Part shown: positions 53,454 through 64,000 of the stretch, piece after piece
How positions within the stretch are numbered: the first letter of the stretch is position 1
How the letters are laid out: each line of letters begins with the position of its first letter
Assembly: GCF_006345805.1 (NCBI RefSeq)
Contig: NC_043004.1
Location: forward strand, 61,008,001-61,072,000
Direction of reading: 5' to 3'
DNA length: 64,000 nt
From: Octopus sinensis
Taxonomy: Eukaryota
The notes under the pieces: generated by a model
Seen by the model: only the letters and a program-made list of their open reading frames with translations
What the model was told of the DNA's origin: nothing
The model's database searches: none
Made by a program: the position numbers and the translations under genes

Positions 53454-53900
53454 GAGTGAGAGAGCAGTGCATGCCATCAAAGTAACACTAGGGTAAAATA
53501 TACGGCGCGTGATCCCTACAGGGGAGGTAGGGCAATTAGGATTTTCCTCAAGTCCAGTAGCCTATCCCGCTCAAAAGGTCTTTGAATAAAGGTTGTTTAA
53601 GATTGTTGAACGATTGTTTCTAGAGGTGAATTATTCAAACCCTAAAGAATTCCTCTCAACACATGGCTATGATGCTCTCCCACTACTTCTGCTGGTGATC
53701 AGAGTTACACATTTTGTCAGCTACCAAGAAACATGCTCAAATTCTTATGGTCAAAGAACTGAGAAGCAAATCCGTGACATTGAGCAGAATATTTGCTGTA
53801 GCCCATATTTTATAGCAAGACAAAACGTATACATGATAACACTTCCATTCAGTTAAGATCAGAAGCCATGTGAGCCACTGTCTGGTACTGCATCAGAGTG
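53454..53900 (-). mobile_element. Family D copy 2, diverged, internally deleted
   Basis: Same termini as copies 1 and 3. Confidence 0.75.
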
Positions 53901-53916
53901 TATTATATTATTTTTA

Positions 53917-53999
<83 letters not shown>

Positions 54000-54545
54000 G
54001 AGTGAGAGAGCAGTGCATGCCATCAAAGTGACACTGGGGTAAAATATACGAAGCCCAATATACCCATCATGACTAACGTCTGATAAAGGTACACCAGGCA
54101 CTTGCATCACAACCATATGTGCGCGACATTGTGATCTCATATCAAGATAAACAGCACATGACCTTGCAGGTGGGGCCCAGTTAGAATTTTCTTCAGGTCG
54201 AGTAACCCATCCCACTCGAAAGGTCCCTGAATAAGGGTTGTTTAAGGATGTTGAACGAAACACCCATGTTTCCTGAGGTGAATTATTCAAACCCCAAAGA
54301 ATCCCTCTCAACACATGACTATGATACTCTACCACTACTTCTGCTCGTGATCAGAGATGCACATCTCGTCAGCCACTAAGGGACATGCTCAACTGGTTAA
54401 GGTCAAACAACTGACAAGCAAATTTGTAATATTGAGCAGAATATTTGCTGTAGCCCATCTTTTATACCAAGACAAAACAATGTACGTGATAATACTTCCA
54501 ATCAGTTAAGATCAGAAACCACGAGAGCCACTGCCTAGTACTGCA
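54000..54545 (-). mobile_element. Family D copy 3, joined to SINE A
   Basis: Near-identical to copy 1; junction CTGCA|GGTCGACTTTG. Confidence 0.8.
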
Positions 54546-55160
54546 GGTCGACTTTGCCTTTCATCCTTTCGGGGTCGATTAAATAAGTACCAGTTACTCA
54601 CTGGGGTCGATATAATCGACGTAATCCGTTTGTCTGTCCTTGTTTGTCCTCTCTGTGTTTAGCTCCTTGTGGGTAGTAAAAAAAATATTATTATTATTAG
54701 TACTGTTGTTGTTGTTCTTCTTCTTGTTGCAGTTGTAGTAGTAGTAGTAGTAGTAGTAGTAGCAGTAGTTCCTGTTGTTGATAAGACAACGAGATGGTAG
54801 AATCGTACCTGCACCGGAGAGAAAGCTTGGCGGTATTTCGTCTGCCCTTATGTTCTGAGTTCAAATTCCGCCGAGGTCGACTTTGCCTTTAATCCTTTCG
54901 GGGTCGATTAAATAAGTACCAGTTACGCACTGGGGTCGATGTAATCGACTTAATCTCTTTGTCTGTCCTTGTTTGTCCTCTCTGAGTTTAGCCCCTTGTG
55001 GGTAGTAAAGAAATAGGTATTTCTTCTGGCTTTACATTCTTAGTTCCCACCTCGCTATGGTCGACTTTGCCTTTCATAATTTCCAAATAAATAAAATAGA
55101 GAAATTGCTGTAATCGACTTCAATCTTTCCGAAAATTCGCTGGCCTCCTGCCGAAATTTG
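54546..55160 (+). mobile_element. Three SINE A copies or fragments
   Basis: At about 54546-54685, 54790-55020 and 55015-55160. Confidence 0.8.
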
Positions 55161-55189
55161 AAACCACCACCACCACCAACGCACCCCTT

Positions 55190-55190
55190 T

Positions 55191-55229
<39 letters not shown>

Positions 55230-55358
55230 TACTACTGCTGCTGCTGCTGCTGCCACTGCCGCTGCTGCTGCTACTGCTGCTCCTGCTACTACTACTACTA
55301 TACTACTACTACTACTGCTGCTGCTGCTGTTACTACTACTACTACTACACTACTACTA

Positions 55359-55395
<37 letters not shown>

Positions 55396-55431
55396 ACTAC
55401 TACTACTACTACTACTACTACTTGCTGCTGT

Positions 55432-55463
<32 letters not shown>

Positions 55464-55490
55464 ATGCTACTACTACTGCTACTACTATTA
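55190..55490. repeat. (CTA)n/(CTG)n microsatellite
   Basis: Direct reading. Confidence 0.95.
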
Positions 55491-55949
55491 TGCCGTCAAC
55501 GTGAGGACTGGATATGGATGCAGGAGGTAGATATTTCAGGAAGTTCTGTCTGTATATGTCAAAACAGTGACGGTGCCAGTGAATGGAAAATAGAGTAATT
55601 GCTTCAGAGTGGCAGAAATGTTATCGTTGAACGTTTTAAACCATTAACTATTCATGTTCAACATGCCAATGTACGACGCACTTCTGGCATCTATTCACAT
55701 CGAAGAGTCTCCCATTTACGAAATGCTGCAAGTGATTTTTGTGTATATGCGTATAATACTTGCGCATAGTTACTTATACGTCATTACACGCGCACTTATA
55801 TGTAATAGAAGCATATTCTCAATTCCCTCCAACATATTAAATTTATGAAAAAACAAAATCATGACAATATTTTAGGCCTATGTGCGCATAACTACAAGGA
55901 TTTGTGAAAGCATTTAAATAAGATAATACATACATACACGCATAAATTC

Positions 55950-56029
<80 letters not shown>

Positions 56030-56870
56030 TATATATATTTATATATGTCTGTGTATGCATTGGTGTATGTGTATATGCGTAGTCCATTTTCCTTCAAAAT
56101 ACTGGAGTAGACATTCACGAAAATTGTGTGAGATATACATACACACACACTTTGACACGCACACACTCTCGCATATACTGCATCCCGTGCGCATATGCGA
56201 TCTCATATTTCCATTTATCATGTTTAAGAAAAATTACACCTGTTCTGTGTCCTTGTTGAAATAACGAGATGAAGATATTTAATGGATGTTGTGCATGTCA
56301 ATCATTGTAACACTATATTTGTATTTGTATTGTTTGAATGTGTTCAGTGATGAGGGAGATAGGAACTGAAGGGGGAGAGAGAGAGAGAATGAGAGGAAGA
56401 ACTGAGAGTAAGAGTAATAAAAATATGGAGAGAGAATAGTTCAGAGAGGGAATTTGTGCATGGGTAAGTGAGAAAATGTTGAGAGAAAAGAGAGAAAGTT
56501 ATAAACTACAGAGGGAGAAAGGGGAAAAGTGTTCGAGAATGATAAGAAAGAGATTATGAGAGGAAAGAACGCGTAAGGAAAAAGGGATAATCGGAGTGGA
56601 AAGGAAGATGGTTGACGACAGATCAAGGAAACGAAGAGAACGTTAGGTTTTGATATAAAGGTAGTAAAGAGAAATGTGACACAGAAAAGTGTGTCTTAAC
56701 AACAAAACAAAGAAAGAGAGAGAGAGATAATGTGAAAGAAAGGGTGACTATCTTACTAACCGTCCTTCCACCCACACAATTACTGTTATTTATTAACTGT
56801 GCATTACTTAATCAAATAATCAGTCTTACTGGCGCCATCAAATGAAGTTTAATTTTATTTCTATACACTA

Positions 56871-56908
<38 letters not shown>

Positions 56909-57056
56909 ACACACACACACATATATATGCATGTATGTATGTTGATGTATCTCAGGCAACCAAGTTGTTGTCTAGTACAGAAAGACAACATGATAACGCG
57001 TTTTATAGAAGATGGAAAGGTGAAATAGGGGATATATATATATTATATATATGTAT

Positions 57057-58025
<969 letters not shown>

Positions 58026-58352
58026 TATATACTTATATATATGTATAAATTTATATATATAAATGTAGATATGTACATGTTGCTATGTGCGTGCGCGCGC
58101 GTATGTGTGTGTGTGTGTGTTGTGCACGTGCGTGCATGCATGTATCTTAATAAATGAAACTATTTCCCTACTTTGTATTCAGTGCCTTTTCTTGTATATG
58201 AAACCAAATATTATGTGAAATATGTAGTTAACTAGAAATGATATGAAGATAAAATAGGAGTCAGGAAATGACATAATTTGGGATTGGATGAAAGAGAGAT
58301 GAAAGATAAGAAGAGAAAGAAATGGAGATAGATTTAGAGGTGGAGAGAGGAT

Positions 58353-58392
<40 letters not shown>

Positions 58393-59953
58393 AAGAAAGA
58401 TGACTAAGAATGAATAGGAAGAGAAATAACTATAATATAATATCTCATGTTGAACGTATTAGTCTTGGGCAAACTCTTTAAATTGTTCATTTTCTGTATC
58501 ACAGTGATTTCGAAAGAAGATTTTGCATCTGTCAAAATATGTTCACCACTATTATATTGTAACTTGATATATAACTACGAAAGTATTCATCAGGAAGTTC
58601 AATCTGTCAATTTGTTCACGCATATGTATATTTCTATATCCATAATGTTTTAGTTTCTGGTTTTGTCTAATACAGATGTATCCGTTACACCGGAAATAAA
58701 ATGAGTTGGTCGAAGAAGCGAAGAATTGAAAATTTCCTTTCGTAGCTAGCTTCAATTCCTGCAGATATTTTACCTCCTTGATTAATTATATTCCGATCCG
58801 ACCCAAAGTTGGATTAGAATATTTCATGTGGTTGATCATTCCTGAAGATAATGCAGCTAAGTTTCTTTACCAGCCTGCCTTTTACTTAGACAAAACGGAA
58901 GATTACATTGAATAAAGTAGTCCAAGGTTGTCCCATTGTAAAACTGTACATCCCTCCCGGTAAAATATGGTAGTTGCCAGCCATTATAAATTGCCGAGTA
59001 GCCGGTCGACAGGAGGAGGTACAAAAGGTCGAGAGTACATGAAGACTGTGTGGATATTCGTGTCTGTGTTGATATAGTAATTATCCTGTGATGCTGAATG
59101 GACGTTATAACGAGCCAACCGTTTGAGGATAATAACACTGTACGACTCCTAGTGAAAATACCACGATCCCGATTGCATATCGATTATGCAGGCCCAGCAA
59201 ATGGATATTATTACTTAATAGTAGTGGACATCTACACAAAATAGCCTGAGGTGGCGAGGTATAAACGACCAATCTCATGTACGGTAATAAACTCCTTATG
59301 CGAACTGTTCGCAAGATTTGGTGTACCGGATATAATTGTCTCTGATAACACTGGGTAACAAAAACATTTTGTCAAGCTATTTAAACTTTTTCAGCTGATT
59401 TAGGGTAATTTAAGGGTGCTTCATCCGAATCTGACATCAGTTTTCAGATAGCACATGTAGTTTCTTTTAGTTATTCACAGTATCAGATTTTCCACCAATT
59501 GATAATATTGATAAAGTAGGCTATTTGCTTTCGATTTTCATTCATATACTCATCACGGAAACAAAAATAAGTGCTGGTAGAGGGAAATGCAGGTTATCTG
59601 TTAAATTGCCACACAAGATAAGAATTTATTTTGCTTTGTTATCGCTGTAATTATAGTAAAGTTCTCCTCACGGTAGGCTTTTTTTATTAGGTTATAGTAA
59701 GCTACTGAAGCTCCCTTTTCTTGATAACAGCTAGTGCTGTTAAAACAAAATACATCATATAAGACAACCAGGTTATATGAAAAGTAGTTAAGTAGTAAGT
59801 TTAGTTAGTTTATTAAAGTGATGAATGTTTGAAATCTAGAGATGGAAAAAATTGTTTCGTGATAGCCAAAGCTTCAGTACATTCTGTAATAATTTCAATG
59901 ATACTTCTTGAGAAATATATTTTGATGTTTTAAAGTAGCATTTACAGCTGATT

Positions 59954-60116
59954 AATTTTATATTTTAATTTACTGACAAGCTTCCTTGAGTGTTGATTTA
60001 GGTTATTATTCTATGCATTTATGATGAGCAGAAAAGTTCTGCTCATCATAAATGCATACAATAATAACCTAAATCAACACTCAAGGAAGCTTGTCAGTAA
60101 ATTAAAATATAAAATT
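59954..60116. repeat. Fold-back palindrome inside Chapaev3 (80-bp arms, 3-nt loop, 1 mismatch)
   Basis: Centre GCAGAA-AAG-TTCTGC. Confidence 0.95.
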
Positions 60117-60666
60117 TGTGATGAGCACTTTCAGGAAAAATTAAGCCAAGTAGTGAAAACAGCTTGGGAAAAGTTTGCATCTCTTCCAAAAAAATGTTTG
60201 GGAAATGAAAAATCATCTTAACTACGTTGCAATCGTGAATGATTATTTGAAAAATTATAAGCAACTTGGGGCCAAAATGTCTTTAAAAATTCATTTTCTT
60301 CACTCACATCTTGACTTTTCCACTCAGTATGGGTGATGCAAGCGATGAGCATGATGAACGATTTCACCAAGAAATCAAAGTGCTTGGAAGCCGCTACAGC
60401 GGCAGAATTACGACAGACATGCTGACGGGCGACGACTGGCTTTTAAAACGAGAAACGGACATGCAACATAAGCGATTTTTGAAAAACATAAAATTAATAA
60501 TATTCACTTCACATTTTTGTTTTGTGTTTAGAGATACTTGTCCACCTAGTTGCTATTTTTCTTTTTTCAGATAACGGTAATTTACGCTTAACATAACATA
60601 ACATTCATTTTGTTTGTGACCAATTTTCACATTATTATAATTTTGATAGCTGTATAATAAGGATAG

Positions 60667-61054
60667 TGGAGGCGCAATGGCCCAGTGGTTAGGGCAGCGG
60701 ACTCGCGGTCATAGGATCACGGTTTCGATTCCCAGACCGGGCGTTGTGAGTGTTTATTGAGCGAAAACACCTAAAAGTTCCACGAGGCTCCGGCAGGGGA
60801 TGGTGGTGATCACTGCTGTATTCTTTCACCACAACTTTCTCTCACTCTTACTTCCTGTTTCTGTTGTACCTGTATTTCAAAGGGCCGGCCTTGTCACTCT
60901 CTGTGTCACGCTGAATATCCCCGAGAACTACGTTAAGGGTACACGTGTCTGTGGAGTGCTCAGCCACTTACACGTTAATTTCACGAGCAGGCTGTTCCGT
61001 TGATTCGGATCAACCGGAACCCTCGTCGTCGTAACCGACGGAGTGCTTCCATCC
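60667..61054 (+). mobile_element. SINE family C, full length, with 11-bp TSD
   Basis: AATAAGGATAG at 60656-60666 and 61055-61065; tRNA-like head TGGCCCAGTGG..GGTTTCGATTCCC. Confidence 0.93.
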
Positions 61055-61993
61055 AATAAGGATAGCGCAACAGCGTGACTTGATAGAGCAAAGAAGCTTG
61101 CTGATTCGGAATCTGCGCTCCCAAACTACCCATGAATACAATTTCGTCTAATAGTAGCAAAAGTTTTGTTGCCTAGTGTAACGGAATACAGTTTGTATCC
61201 TGCGAGTTTAAATGATTCTGGGAGGTGTTTACGTTAGAACATAAAAATATAGCACCGTATCACCCGAGACCGAATGGAAGGGTCGATGGGTTCGTGGACA
61301 CATTTAAGAGAGATTTAAAGAAAGCTAATAAGGAAGCCACGGACAAGGTCATGATCCAACAATTCCTTAAGGGCATATAGAGTAACTCAAAACCCAAATG
61401 CACCAGAAGGAATTTCACCAGCAGAATTAATGTTTGCCAGAAAGGCGAAATCAGAATTTGATAAATTGTTATCAGTGAAGAAGAAAATAATTTGCTAGTA
61501 AAGACCTATGAAAATTCTTTAGAATAGGTGATAAGGTATGTAAGGATGTACAAAAATGGCAAGCAAGACTGTGGAGAAGGAGAAATTGTAAGAATGATGT
61601 CGGAAGGAATTCCAACCACATTTCGTCGTTCGCTGCCTCAACAGCTCCTTTATAGGATCCAGTGTTAGAAGCAGAATTGGAATGGAAAGGAGACAGAAAT
61701 CAGCTTAAGGAGAGAGTCATAGAAAAGGAACCAACAAGAGTAGAAATACCGATGGATTGACTTAGACACTTTTCAGGTTCCAACACCGTTACAAGAAGTC
61801 GAAACCACGCATACGAGGAAAAGGAAGAACACTGAATTCCGAAAAGTTGACCCTAAGTAGAAAAGATATTGAGTATATCTATATCTATAAATATATATAT
61901 GTATATATGTATGCGTGTGTGTGCGTGTATAAATGGAGGAGGTAGGGTGAATAAAAGAAATTGATTGTTAATAAAAACAATGAAAAGGTTATA

Positions 61994-62161
61994 GGCGTAG
62001 GAGTGGCTGTGTGGTAAGTAGCTTGTTTACCAACCACATGGTTCCGGGTTCAGTCCCACTGCGTGGCACCTTGGGCAAGTAAGTATCTTCTACTATAGCC
62101 TCGGGCCGACCAAAGCCTTGTGAGTGGATTTGGTAGACGGAAACTGAAAGAAGCCGTCGTA

Positions 62162-62217
<56 letters not shown>

Positions 62218-62437
62218 TGTGTGTGTGTTTGTGTGTCTGTGTTTCTACCCCTAGCATTGCTTGACAACCGATGCTGGTGTGATTATGTACCCGTTACTTA
62301 GCGGTTCGGCAAAAGAGACCGATAGAATAAGTACTGGGCTTACAAAAGAATAAGTCCCGGGGTCGAGTTGCTCGATTAAAAAGGCGGTGCTCCAGCATGG
62401 CCGCAGTCAAATGACTGAAACAAGTAAAAGAGTAAAG
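61994..62437 (+). mobile_element. SINE family B, full length, inserted in the Gypsy LTR
   Basis: Near-identical to 51318-51736. Confidence 0.92.
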
Positions 62438-62605
62438 GGTAGATGCTGTATAGTGAAACTGTACACACTTCTTCCGGTAAAAAGTGGTAGTTACCAGCAG
62501 TTATAAATAAACCAGTTGTCGTTCGATAGGAGAAGATAAGAGAGGTCGAGAGTACCGAGAGGACGTGTAGACTGTGTGTATAGTTGTGTCTGTGCTGATA
62601 TAGTA

Positions 62606-62963
62606 TTGGGTGTCCGGAAAGTTCGTGCCGATTTTTAAAGGAAAGCAAAAGGTCAATAAATACTTGCCATTACATTTTTAATCAACTAAATATAAACCAT
62701 TTTATTGCACAATGCATCTCCATCTTTCCTTTAATTTGAAAATACCCTATTCCTAGAACAGAGGTGGTGTCTAATGCAAAGACTTCATCAAGGTATCTTT
62801 TAACGTCATCCAAGGAATTGAAATTTTTACTGTTAAGACTATTCTGCAGAGACGTGAATAAGTGGAAATCCGAAGGAGCAATATATGGTGAATATGGAGG
62901 GTGGGGTAACATAGTCGAAAGCTAAGCTACTGTAAATCGACACAAACTTTCCAGACAACCCAA
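62606..62963 (-). mobile_element. mariner deletion derivative (358 bp) retaining the C-terminal transposase
   Basis: TIRs TTGGG(T)TGTC(C/T)GGAAAGTT(C/T)GTG(C/T)CGATTT with TA TSD; LPHPPYSPYIAPSDFHLFTSLQNSL. The empty site GATATAG-TA-ATTAT is seen in the other LTR copy near 59075. Confidence 0.92.
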
Positions 62964-64000
62964 TAATTATACTGTGATACTGAGTGGATGTTATAACCAT
63001 CCAACCATTTGAGGATAATACAGTACGACTGGGAGTCGTACAGTGCGAGCTAGAACCATTCGATCGACTATGTCGGAATATAGCAATATCTACTAGAGTG
63101 ACAATTGACGTCAAAAGACAGGTAGAACAGTAGCGAAAGGCCGCTTTACAACAACGGTACACTGTATCTGAGAAATAACGGGTGTTATAATACTTTTGGA
63201 ATTGTTTTTATTATATGCCTGTTGATAAGCAACAACATAACAACAATGGCGAAGACAAAATGATCCAGTATGTGAAGAATTATCTTCATTGCTTGCAACA
63301 ATGTATGGATCGCACAGACTGAGTGCATTAAGTTTATTTGTTTCAAGAATCATTGAGACAGCTTCTTTGTTTTTCGTCCATTTGCTTGGTATAGAAGCTA
63401 ATTCTCATTTATACTGCACCCCATTCACTTAAATGCAGGAAAGAATAAAATAACTAATGTAATTATAGATACGTTTGAATTTGATACAAGTGAGTAAAGT
63501 CAGTAGATATTTAATTAAAAAATTCACAAAGCGAGTTTTGACTCGGTAAAACTATAAATAAAAGAGAAAGGATACAGATAATGTATTCATTGATACTGTA
63601 TGGTTAAATAAATAAAGCTTAATCATCAAACGGTTTCGAATACAAATATGCTTATTTTCAGGCCTGAACAAAATAAACTTTTGTGACTTCTCTTCTCTTG
63701 GAGTAGAATATTAACGGTATGTTCTGATTTTGTATTCTTCCTTTTGTGTAGAGAGGATTATAGAGTAGACATTGTAATGTGGTTAAAACTTTTCTTTAGA
63801 ATTACATCGTTCCAGGTTCGATCTTAAATTGAGGCACTTTAGCTAAGTGTCTCTTACCATTGCTCTTTGTCAGCTGAAGTATTATAAACTTAATTTATTT
63901 AAAGTAGATGGATATAGTGCGGGTACTCGCCATGTGGACGATACTTGTATCACTTTTAGTATGTCAGACTTAATCTATCACCAGATAATGACATCAATGT

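Larger units (their letters stand above)
59349..61178 (+). mobile_element. Chapaev3 (CMC superfamily) DNA transposon deletion derivative
   Basis: Termini CACTGGGTAACAAAA / TTTTGTTGCCTAGTG, TAA TSD (59346-59348 and 61179-61181). Transposase motif AWEKF..LGNEKS..YKQLGAKMSLKIHFLHSHLD..SDEHDERFHQEIKV..RYSG..W.LKRE. Confidence 0.9.
58935..63245 (+). mobile_element. Ty3/Gypsy LTR retrotransposon relic (partial LTR, integrase, PPT, LTR) with nested insertions
   Basis: SRLHIDYAGP..YYLIVVD..PEV..LFARFGVPDIIVSDN|GIQFVS..HKNIAPYHPRPNGRVDGFVDTFKR..YRVT..SPAELMF. 58935-59148 is homologous to 62440-63030. PPT-like AAATGGAGGAGG at 61931. Confidence 0.85.

Noticed and set aside
56350-56750. Long polypurine tract as a special element
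   Set aside because: Decayed (GA)n low-complexity sequence, common in this kind of genome.
60667-60745. tRNA gene
   Set aside because: The tRNA-like head runs on into a SINE body and is bounded by a TSD; the same applies to the other SINE heads.

Overview
Very AT-rich, microsatellite-dense eukaryotic DNA. The SINE repertoire resembles that of Octopus (recognised from memory, not by database search). No host gene could be identified; only a few unverified minus-strand exon candidates were found. The window is mainly transposon remains: a Penelope-like element (PLE) lacking its RT core; piggyBac, mariner, pogo-like and Chapaev3 DNA transposon relics; a 2.7-kb RTE LINE; R4/Dong-type non-LTR fragments embedded in (AAT)n/(GAA)n tracts; a Gypsy relic with nested insertions; and about 30 tRNA-derived SINE copies or fragments. 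Points of interest: (i) hammerhead-ribozyme-like motifs, two with an unusually long stem II and several ultra-minimal; (ii) three long fold-back palindromes; (iii) a head-to-tail SINE array; (iv) a same-orientation cluster of R4/Dong fragments interleaved with a ~555-bp non-coding family in (AAT)n; (v) a pre-miRNA-like hairpin. Most ORFs in the supplied track are microsatellite artefacts. All coordinates and identities were read by eye.
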